Shown: positions 49,948 through 59,344 of the stretch, piece by piece | Layout of the letters: each line of letters opens with the position of its first letter | Position numbering within the stretch: the first letter of the stretch is position 1 | From: Candidatus Eiseniibacteriota bacterium | GTDB taxonomy: Bacteria; Eisenbacteria; RBG-16-71-46; CAZAMP01 | Length of the DNA stretch: 64,000 nt | Reading direction: 5' to 3' | NCBI GenBank assembly: GCA_965224245.1 | Contig: OZ245046.1 | Location: 6,176,001 to 6,240,000 of the forward strand | Notes under the pieces: generated by a model | The model's database searches: none | The model's input: the letters and a program-made list of their open reading frames with translations, nothing else | What the model was told of the DNA's origin: nothing | Made by a program: the position numbers and the translations under genes

Positions 49948-50205
49948 CGTAGTGTCCGAGAATGCGACCGCGTTCCCAGATAGTAGCTCACGAACCCCGT
50001 GCCAGACTCGTCGCATGAGCCTGATCATCCATCTCCAGCTCCTGCTTCCGACGTTCTCGGCCTGGATCGGACACCGGCAGGCATCCGTCATCATGTACCT
50101 GATCGAGGAACCGCGTCCTCGAAGAGCAGCCGAAGCCCGGCGGGCAGTCGCGCCCGCTCCGCCGACGACCAGGGCGTGAGGTCGTTCGGCTTCTCGGACA
50201 CGACG
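49948..50205 (+). mobile_element. F1 miniature element (258 bp)
   Basis: TIRs CGTAGTGTCCGAGAA / TTCTCGGACACGACG (14/15); internal MSLIIHLQLLLPTFSAWIGHRQASVIMYLIEE. Confidence 0.88.
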
Positions 50206-50536
50206 GGCTTCAGACGACGAACCGTGGCTGCACTGTAACCTCTGCATATTCAATGACGTGTGGCTGGTGGGTGTGTCGTGTCTCCGGCCGACCGCCACCA
50301 AACTCGCCAGGCGTGGCCCCTTTTTGGCTCGGGCTACGCGTTGTGCGTAGTGGGCGTACGATCCCCTGACGCGAGCGAGGTTTCCCATGTCGCCTGTCTC
50401 CCTCGACGTTCTCAAAGGTGCAATCTCTCCCTGGTCATCGTCCAGGGGCCTGGATGTTCCAGCGCGGTCCAGGTACGGGCAGTCACCGACATACCTGCTT
50501 CATCGATACACGCCAACCCGAACTCTGGAGGACATC

Positions 50537-53500
50537 GTGCGTCGCCCGTCGATCGTGTCCGTTCCGCTCGTGCTCGTCGCTCTCATGCTCATCTCCTCGA
50601 CGACGGTCGGATCCCGACCGCTCGCTCGAGCGAGCGGCGACGTGCCCGCGGAGGCGATCTCGAACACCATCACCGCGCCCGGCTCCCCGAGAGCGCGAGT
50701 GTCAGGTGACCCCGACTCCTTGATCACCTGGTTCGGTGCAGTCGATGCCGGCGGGACGGCGACACCGGGCGGGAGGTGGACCTTCGATCACGGCGCTCCG
50801 GGTCTCGAGGGCTGGACCATCATCGATCCCTGGGGCGACAACGCGTTCCTCGCCGGGCGTCGCGTGACCGGGGCCGAGTGGGAGGCGCGTGGCGGCACGC
50901 CCGGCGGCGCGCCCACGTTCGGGACCACGGGGAGCCTCTGGTTCGGGTTCTACCCGAACGAGGCGGACAGCGCCTGCTTCGACGCCGGGGCCGGGTACGG
51001 GAACTACTGGGCGCAGGAGCTGAGGAGTCCCGTGTTCCAGCCCGTCAACCCCTTCATCAGCGTTCAGTTCAGTTTCTACAACGACACCGAGGACGGGTAC
51101 GACTTCACGCGGGTGCTGGTCCGGAACCTGACAGACGCCACCGAGCAGCAGCTGCTGTCGATCACGGGTTCGTTCGGCACCCCGTCGAGTCCGGTCGCGG
51201 GGGGGGTGGGGCTGCCGTGGTGGCGGGTGATGACTACCAGCTCGTCTTCGAGTTCCGATCCGATCCGGCGTATTCCGACGAGGACGGCCTCCACGCAACG
51301 GCCGCGGGCGGCTTTGCCGTCGACGACCTGACGATCGATGATCTGGCCACGGTCCTCACCTACGACTTCGAGACGGACGACGAGGGCTTCACCGCACACG
51401 CCCAGCCCACGGACGGAACGATCGCCGACATCACCAACGTGTGGGCGGCGGAGCCGGTGTGCTTCGACGTGGCGACCCCTCATGGCATCGGCTCCGCAGC
51501 GCTCGCGGGGTCCATCCCGCAAGGTCACGGCGAGTACTTCGTCTCGCCACCGGTCGACATCTCGTCGTTCGGCAGCAACCCGCACCTCTTGGGGGAGACC
51601 CGGTTCAGCGCTGATCTTCCCTGCCTGGACGGCGTCCGGTTCGCCGTGGGCTGGAGCTACTACCCGGAGAGCTGCAGCGGAGTTCTGCGCTGGTCACAGC
51701 TTCGGTTCCGCACCTACTTCTACACGAGCGCGCCGACGTGCGACGTGTTCCAGGAGATGGATCGTTTCCCGGGTGTCGACATGGTCCCGGCGGGGGCAGA
51801 CTCGGCGCGCATGGTGATCTACGTCACGCAGTCGTGTGACTTCGCTGCCGGCTGCCCCGGCGAGTGCACCGGCGTCACCAACGATACGCCCTACTTCGAC
51901 GACATCCGGATCGGAGTCGTGAGCGAGCGGGTGCGGCTCGTTCCGACGCTTCTCTATCCCACGATCCAGGCCGCGATCGACTCCGCCGCCGTGGGCGACA
52001 CCGTGTTGGTCGCGGAGGGAACGTACACAGGAGTCGGGAACAAGGACATCGACTTCGGCGGCAAGGATCTCGTGCTTCTCGCCCAGGGCACGGGCGCGGT
52101 CATCGACTGCGAGGGCTCGGGGCGCGGCTTCCGCATGGAGGGCGGCGAGACCGCGGCTGCCGTGATCGACCGGTTCACCATCCGTAACGGCGCGCCGGCG
52201 TCCGGTCGCGGCGGGGGGATCGCGATCCTCTCGTCATCGCCCACGATCAGGAACTGCGTGGTCGAGGATTGCGCCACGTCGAGCCCTGCCGACGGCGGTG
52301 GCATCTCGGTGTTCTCGCTGTGCTCGCCGGTGATCGAGTCGTGCGTCATTCAGAACAACAGCAGCACGGACCAGGCCGGTGGGATCTGGGCCTCGGATGG
52401 CGCGACGCCGACCATCATCGACTGCCAGATCATCAACAACACGGCGACGGTCGCGGGCGGCGGACTCGGGTTGCGGGACTCGGGCACGATCGCGACCGTG
52501 ACGCGTTGCACGATCACCGGCAACTCGACGCAGGGAAGGGGTGCCGGCGCCTACTTCTCCCAGAGCGCCGGGAGCTTCACCGACTGCGTGATCCAGGGGA
52601 ACACGGCGAGCGAACACGGTGGAGGCGTCTATGCCACGGGCTCGGCAACGTTCGTGACGATGTCCGGGTGCCTCCTGACCGGCAACCACGCCGCCGAACT
52701 GGGCGGGGGGTTCTACCAGACGAGCTCGCCCACGTGCTCGATCGTCGCCAGCACCCTCGCCGGGAACCACGCCGGCACGAACGGTGGCGGCATCCGCGCC
52801 TTCTCGGGAACGCTCACGGTGGATCGTTCGATCGTCTGGGGAAACTGTGCCTCCGGCGGCCCGGGCGACGAGATCTACACAGGCGCGTCGGCGATCGTCG
52901 ACTTTCTGTGCAGCGACGTCGACAGCACGGCGGTCGACAACCCGGGCACGGTGACGTACGACGCGAACACCGTCGCTCTCGACCCGGAGTTCTGCGGACC
53001 GGAGGATTGCCTCTCCGCGCCGACGACCGCGGGCGACTACGCGCTCACGCTCGGGTCGGTGTGCAACCCGCTCTACTCCCCGTGCGGGGAGCAGATCGGC
53101 GCCTTGGCGGGAACCTGCCTCGGGCCCTCGCCAGCTCTCACCGCCGTCGCAGACGTCCCGGACGACCAGGGACGGCAGGTACGCCTCACGTGGACGCGGA
53201 CGGTGCACGACGGTCCGGCCGGGCCCACGATCACCGAGTACGGGATCTGGCGACGGATCGACAGCTGGCTCGCGTTGGGCGGTCCGGAAACGAGATCCGC
53301 CGGCACCGAGCGACGCTCCGACGTCCTTCTACCCCCGGGGAGCTGGGACTTCGTGGGCACGGTTCCGGCGCGCGGCGACGACGAGTACCACACCGTCGCC
53401 CCCACCCTGTGCGACTCGACCGAGACCGAGCTCTGCACCTCGACCTTCTTCGTTTCGGCGATGACGGCTGACCCGCTCACGTTCTTCGACTCGATGCCCT

Positions 53501-54084
53501 TGACCGGGTACTCGGTGGACAACCTGCCGCCTGGCGTACCGACGGGACTCATGCTCGTCGGCACGGATCTAGCCTGGGACGCTGCCTCTGATTCCGATTT
53601 CGCGTACCACAGCGTCTACGGCTCGATGTCGGCGGAGTTCGATCCCGCGGCCACCTTGATCGGGTACACGATCGATCCGAGCTATGACGTGGCCGGCGCA
53701 TCGTACGGCTTTTATCACGTGACGACGACCGATCACGCGGGCAACGAGGGAGAGGCCGCGAGCGTGGAGGGCGCGTTGCTCTCATCACCCGAGGCGCCGG
53801 CTGCGACTACATACACGCTGTTCCCGCCGGGACCGAACCCGTTCCGCAGTGGCACGGCGTTGACGTTCGCGCTTCCCGTGGCGGGGGACGTGCGGCTCGT
53901 CATCTACGACGCGAGTGGACGTGTGGTGCGGACGCTGGCCGATGGGGCGTATGCGCCTGCGGTCCATCGAGTGGCCTGGGACGCGCGCGATGATGGTGGC
54001 CGGCCAGTGGGGCCGGGTGCCTACTTCGCGCGGCTCACGGCGGGGACGTATGAGGCCGAACGCCGTCTCACGGTGATTCGGTGA
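50537..54084 (+). CDS. Secreted InhA-like + right-handed beta-helix protein with DQGR module and FlgD-Ig CTD; frameshifted near G8 tract 51199-51206
   Basis: GTG after GGAGGA with signal peptide; the domain continues from NDTEDGYDF (frame of 50387) into VFEFRSDPAYSDED (frame of 50776); YPTIQAAID, GGGI/GGGV beta-helix repeats. Confidence 0.8.
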
Positions 54085-54120
54085 GTCCGAAGCGGTGGTT
54101 CGCGACGTCTTCACGGGGTA

Positions 54121-54227
54121 CCCAGTCCGAACGCATCGCGAACTCAGCATCCAAAGGGCCGCGACGCGCCAGTCGACGTCAAGCGTAGAATGCACCGGTA
54201 CAACCGGTTGACCCCGTTCGGACTGGG
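54121..54227. repeat. ~100-bp inverted-repeat-bounded element, copy 2
   Basis: CCCAGTCCGAACG...CGTTCGGACTGGG (13 bp perfect); homologous to 17140-17240. Confidence 0.78.
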
Positions 54228-54635
54228 GAGCCCGGGTTTGCCACGTCACGATGACCGAGCCTCAGCCGCTTCGGGGAACCGACGGCCCATGGGGGCACGA
54301 CGCGTCCGTGCGAACCGTCGCGCGGCCGGGGCCGCTGCGGCGCCGTAGCGGGAGCGTGCGGGGCCACGCCACGATCAGGGCGGGACGCACGCACATAGCA
54401 GAATCGCACTGACTTGGAGAACTCGTGGCCATGGACTCCGAACGACTGGTAGAATTGACCTTCAGTCCGTACGTCCGGTGACTCGCGAGCAATCATGTAC
54501 GCGCAACCGATCGCATGGGTCGTCGACAGCGCCATGCGATCTTGCGACGAGATGCCCGGGAGGCTCTTGCGACCGGGCGCAGCCTCGAGTCTCTCATCAG
54601 AACCGCGTTGCCAGGAGGCGCGGAAGGAGGACTGC

Positions 54636-55223
54636 ATGAAGAGGTTCCTGATCGCGTTCGCGGTGATGGGCCTCGTCGCGCCCACAGGCGTGGCGATGGC
54701 GGTCGACGCCGACAACAACGGCATCCAGGGCGACGAGGGCGTCCACGAGCCCGGAAGCTACGACGGGGCGTTGAGCGTCGGCGGAGATACGGTGATCTTC
54801 CCGAGCCTGCCGGCCGACACCTGGGACGTGATGTTCTATCCGTACTGGTGGAACGCCGGTGACACCGCGTACGGGATGCACGACGTCGACCTCAGCCCGG
54901 TCGATCATGCCGAGTGCCACGTCGAGCTGACCTACAACAGCCTCACGGCCGGTTGTGGGTTCGTCGATGTGGACTTCATGATCGACGGTGACGTCGTCGG
55001 GTCGTTCCAGTTCCTGCCGGGCGTGATGACGTACGACGTCGTCTTCGACTTCGATCCGAAGGTGCCGCCGTTCGAGCTCCGGTACCTCGTGACGAACACG
55101 GTCGCCGGTGGATGCGGTAGCGTCTCGCTCAACGAGTCCGGTGCCAACACGGTCTACTTTACCGGAGACTCGTCGACGCCGACGCAGAACAAGAGCTGGG
55201 CGGCGATCAAAGCCCTCTACTGA
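54636..55223 (+). CDS. Small secreted acidic protein with SWxxIK C-terminal tail
   Basis: AAGGAGG RBS; signal MKRFLIAFAVMGLVAPTGVAMA; ends TPTQNKSWAAIKALY. Confidence 0.85.
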   Translation: MKRFLIAFAVMGLVAPTGVAMAVDADNNGIQGDEGVHEPGSYDGALSVGGDTVIFPSLPADTWDVMFYPYWWNAGDTAYGMHDVDLSPVDHAECHVELTYNSLTAGCGFVDVDFMIDGDVVGSFQFLPGVMTYDVVFDFDPKVPPFELRYLVTNTVAGGCGSVSLNESGANTVYFTGDSSTPTQNKSWAAIKALY

Positions 55224-55227
55224 GCGG

Positions 55228-55292
55228 CCGGTCACGATCCGTCGTGACCGGTAACTTCGTGACGCCAGGCATTCCTCTCGGATGCCTGGCGT
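55228..55292 (+). terminator. Two tandem hairpins after 55223
   Basis: CCGGTCACGA-TCCG-TCGTGACCGG (10 bp) and ACGCCAGGCAT...ATGCCTGGCGT (11 bp). Confidence 0.6.
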
Positions 55293-55349
55293 TCTCGATT
55301 CTCCCCGATCTGGCATGTCGATGGCGTGCGGTCAATGAACTCGATACCG

Positions 55350-55637
55350 CGCACTGACCGAAGACTCGACCGCCTTGCCAAGTAGTAGCTTACGAGCCCC
55401 GTGCTAGACTCGTCGATATGAGCGAGATCATCCATCTCCAGCTCCTGCTGGCGACGTTCTCGGCATGGATGGGGCGACGGCAGGCATCAGTCACTGCCTA
55501 CCTTGATCGAATGAAGCCGCATCGCCTCGGACTGTGACATCGCCAGTCACGAGCGCCTCGATCGGCTGCTGAGGTACTACCTTCAGGAGGCGGCGTGACG
55601 GGATGGTCCGCGGTCGGTCGAGTTTCTCGACCCTACC
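55350..55637 (+). mobile_element. F1 miniature element (288 bp) joining integrase N- and C-terminal remnants
   Basis: Left end CGCACTGACCGAAGACTCGACC; MSEIIHLQLLLATFSAWMG; C-terminal HERLDRLLRYYLQEAA*; right end GGTCGAGTTTCTCGACCCTACC. Confidence 0.85.
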
Positions 55638-55883
55638 GGGTCGTGGATGGTCACTGGGTCGAGAATCACCCCCGCCGGTCGAAGACCCTGGAGACGCGGA
55701 GGCAGCTCACGGAAACGTGAGCGCATACGTAGCACCGGACACGATCCCCCCGCCATCCGATCGTGCGTTCCGTCTCGCCCGGGCATTGACCTACCGAGAC
55801 CGCGCACGGGTCGCCCCCCGGCGGACGCCCCACGTCCCGGGAGGCCCGCGCGCCCGAGCTCTCGAGCGAGAGGAGTAGTCCAG

Positions 55884-57140
55884 ATGAACCACAGACGTTT
55901 CGGTCTCGCGGTCGGCGTGCTGTCGGTCCTGACCGCCGTGAGCGCGCGGGCCGAGGTCACCGCGCCCCCGGGATACACCGTCGAGCTTCTGGCCGTGGAG
56001 CTCGGACGCTCGACGAGTGCCGTCGCGCCCGCCGGGCCCTACGGCGGAGATCTCTACGTGTGTCGCGCGGACACGAAGACGATCGAACGCATCGATCCCG
56101 CGGGGACGATCACCCCGTTCGTGAGCTTCTCGGACGCACCGGAGTTCGCCGACGGGCCGTGGTGGCCGAGCTTCGATCGACTCGGGCTCTACGGCGGACG
56201 ACTCCACGTCGTCGAGGATCCAAACGACATCTACGCGGTGGACGAGACCGGCCACGCGGAGATCGTCGTGAGCTTTCCTCCGTCGGGATGGGACAACGAC
56301 GGCATGGCCCTCGATCCGTTCGGTCACTTCGACGGCGCCTTGTTTCTCTCCGAGGGGTTCAGCGGGGACATCCTGGCCATCGCGCCGACCGGGGAGGATT
56401 CGCTCTTCGTGGACCTGACCGAGAACAACCTGACCGGCTTCCGCTTCTCGCCCGGGGGAGCGTTCGGAGAGACGCTGTTCGTCACCGCCCCGTTGACGGG
56501 TCGCGTCTACGCGATTCCGGCCGCCCACACGGCGGGCGAGAGCGTCCCACCGTTCATCGACTTCCCGGCCGAGGGCTCGACCGTTCAGCCAAACGGGATC
56601 GTGATCAGTACGAGCGACGGGTTCGGGGTCGACGTCATGCTCCTGGTCGACCTTCACGCGCGTGTGGTCCTCCGGATCATGCCGGACGGATCGATCGCTG
56701 ACACGTTCCTGACCGGGCTGGCCGGCCCGAGCACCCTGGAGATCGGACCTCAGGGCTCCGCCTTCGAGGGAGCGCTGATCGTGCACGAGGTCGTAGAGGG
56801 GAACATCTGGATCGTGCGACCGGAGATGCTCGCCGCCGGCGGCGGGGCGGTCGGCATGGGGTCTGCCCAGATCGGGTTCGACGCCGGGCCGAACCCGTTC
56901 CGGACGGGCGTGTTCGTGCGGCTCACGGGCCGCGGCGAACGGATTCGCGTGACGGTTCACGACGTCGGGGGGCGTCGCATCCGTACGCTCTGCGACCGCC
57001 GCGTGGAGCGCGGCGAGTCCGCGATCGCGTGGGATGGCCGTGACGAGAGCGGCGCGATCGCCGCGGCGGGCACGTATTTCGTCCGGCTCGAGGCTCACGA
57101 CGGCATCGCCTCCCGAAGCGTCGTCCGGCTGAGGCGCTGA
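55884..57140 (+). CDS. Secreted beta-propeller (NHL/SMP-30-like) protein with FlgD-Ig CTD
   Basis: GAGGAG RBS; signal ending VSARA; repeated GxFGxxLF blades; PNPF...WDGRDESG..AAGTYFVRL. Confidence 0.85.
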   Translation: MNHRRFGLAVGVLSVLTAVSARAEVTAPPGYTVELLAVELGRSTSAVAPAGPYGGDLYVCRADTKTIERIDPAGTITPFVSFSDAPEFADGPWWPSFDRLGLYGGRLHVVEDPNDIYAVDETGHAEIVVSFPPSGWDNDGMALDPFGHFDGALFLSEGFSGDILAIAPTGEDSLFVDLTENNLTGFRFSPGGAFGETLFVTAPLTGRVYAIPAAHTAGESVPPFIDFPAEGSTVQPNGIVISTSDGFGVDVMLLVDLHARVVLRIMPDGSIADTFLTGLAGPSTLEIGPQGSAFEGALIVHEVVEGNIWIVRPEMLAAGGGAVGMGSAQIGFDAGPNPFRTGVFVRLTGRGERIRVTVHDVGGRRIRTLCDRRVERGESAIAWDGRDESGAIAAAGTYFVRLEAHDGIASRSVVRLRR

Positions 57141-57190
57141 GACGTCGATCCCGAGCTTCGCGAGCTCACCGACGATGCGGGGCGCTCCCC
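57141..57190 (-). mobile_element. Internal F2 integrase fragment
   Basis: Encodes GAPRIVGELAKLGIDV; near-identical DNA to 12257-12297; directly abuts the stop codon at 57140. Confidence 0.8.
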
Positions 57191-57418
57191 GGAGACCGGC
57201 CGGCAGTGCCACGTTTCTGGTGAAACCGAGTACGAGGATATTCGTAGATGGTCTAGTTCCCGGGATGATGGGTGCACTGAACGCGAGTGTGCACCAGGAA
57301 CGTCTCGTGACGCCGATCAAGTCGGCGGTCACCGGCCTGATGGCCTTCCTGGGGCAAGTCGTTTGCCTTGGGGACTTGCCGTGCCTCGGATCCCGAAGCT
57401 CCACGATGCGGGAGTGCG

Positions 57419-58632
57419 ATGAAGTATGTCGTCTGGCTGCGTGTCGTGGCGATCACGGCGGGCGGGACCTTCTCACCAGGACCTGCGGCTGCAGGGAACA
57501 TCGAAACGCTTCCAGCGCAGGCGCACGCAATAGTTCAGACATTCGTAGACGCCCACGTGTTCCAGGTCGTCGTCTTGATGGCAGTCGACGGTAACGTCGT
57601 GTTCGAGCGCGACTACGGCAAAGCTCACTACGAGTTTGAATCCCGAGCATCAACGGCTTCGACGAGTACGACGAGCTGCAGCTCCGGCACTACGAAAATG
57701 CTGGGGAACTCGTCGAGATCTTCAAGGACAGACCCCTCGAGTTTGCCCCCGGCGAACGCACCGCCTACAGCAATTCGAACTACGAGCTTCTCGCTCATGT
57801 GATTGAGGTTGTGAGTAGTAAGTCGTATGCCGAGTTTCTTGCCGTGAACATCTTTGGACCGTTGCAGATGAACGATACCAGCCATCGTGGTGCTCCGGCG
57901 GCGATCGTTCCCCGGCTCGCTTCCGGGTACACGCCAGTCGGCGCAACGGGTTTCGGCCGCGCCCGATTCCTGGACTGGACGGTGAAGACCGGAAATGGAT
58001 CTCTCTACTCCACCGTTCACGATCTGTTGCGGTTTCATGAAGCGCTACAGGGCGACGACCTGTTGAGCACCGCGAGTCTGGCGAGGGCGTACGGGTTCGA
58101 GCGCGAACTCGGCTCCGGCTGGTTCCCCAGCACGCAATCCGGGAGGCGCACGGTGACCATGAGCGGTCGCAGTCCAGGCTACGTCGCGTACTTCAAGCGC
58201 GTCATCGACGAAGACCGATGCCTGATCGTGTTGTCCAATCTCTATCTTGGGCCACCGAAGCAGATGCTCGATGCACTCTCCGCGCTGCTCGTCGGCGAGC
58301 CGACGGGTGCGGTGGATTTCACATTGGACGCGACCTCGAGCGAGATCGACCTGGCCGACTACGCCGGCCTGTACCGCTTCGGGGAGGACTGGTACGTGGG
58401 AGAAGTCACCGTGAAGGTCGACAATCGGGGAGACCATCTCGCTGTCGTGTACCAGAGTGGCAAGAACATCGGATACGAGTTTCTTCTCGTGCCGATGGGA
58501 TCCCGGAGGTTCTTCGATCGAACCCACGGTGGCATCGTCCGATTCGAAGAGATGCAGGGTGGAACGAGCTATCGCCTGGATTACGTGTACGGTTCGACGA
58601 GGACTGCATTGCCGATCGATCAGTCGCAGTAG
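57419..58632 (+). pseudogene. Serine hydrolase (class C beta-lactamase-like), internally deleted and frameshifted
   Basis: N-terminal VLMAVDGNVVFERDYG, then a different frame PLEFAPGERTAYSNSNYELLAHVIE...GSLYSTVHDL; the SxxK segment is absent. Confidence 0.8.
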
Positions 58633-58642
58633 CGTTCGCACG

Positions 58643-59299
58643 CGCACTGTCCAAAAGCTCGACCGCGTTGCCAGATAATAGCTTACGATCGCCGTGCTAG
58701 ACTCGTCGCATGAGCGAGATCACCCATCTCCAGCTCCTGCTGGCCACGTTCTCGGCCTGGATGGGATGTCAGCAGGCATCGGTCAGCGTGTACCTGATCG
58801 AGGAAGACCGCGTCCTCAAGGAGCAGCGCGAAGCCGACGGCCGGAAGCTACGCTTCACCGATCAGCGTCGGAGACTGGCCGCCAAGGGCAAACCCCTGGG
58901 CCACAAGATTCTCCAGCAGACGCTACCTGATCCTCGATCGCGACGCGCTCTTCACGCAACGGCTCAAATCGACCCTCGAAGCCCCGGGAGTTCAGATCCT
59001 GCGGACGTCGTACCGGGCGCCGAACATGAATGCCAGTGCGGAGCGGTTCGTGCGATCGCTAGAGACGAAGTGCCTGGATCAGATGATCTTCCTCGGGCTG
59101 GACTCGCTGGAGCGGGCCATCGGCGTACGTCGCCCACCATCATGGGGAGCGAAGCCATCAGGGGCTCGGCAACACGGTGGTCAATGGCGTACAGCCACGA
59201 CCCGAGTGCACGATCCACGTAGACGAGCGGTGCGGCGAGCGGCTCGAGCGCTACGATCGGAGGGTCGCGTGAGGTCGGTCGAGCTTCTCGGATGGTACG
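58643..59299 (+). mobile_element. Longest F1 copy (657 bp), internally deleted rve integrase
   Basis: MSEITHLQLLLATFSAW...YLIEEDRVLKEQ...RRRLAAKGKPLG, then RYLILDRD...PNMNASAERFVRSLETKCLD; both TIRs present. Confidence 0.9.
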
Positions 59300-59344
59300 G
59301 GTAGAACGGGCTCCTCGTGACGAGCCTTGGAGGATGGGACACCG

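Noticed and set aside
57419-58632. Functional beta-lactamase resistance gene
   Set aside because: Catalytic SxxK segment absent and frame disrupted; the family mostly comprises esterases and peptidases.
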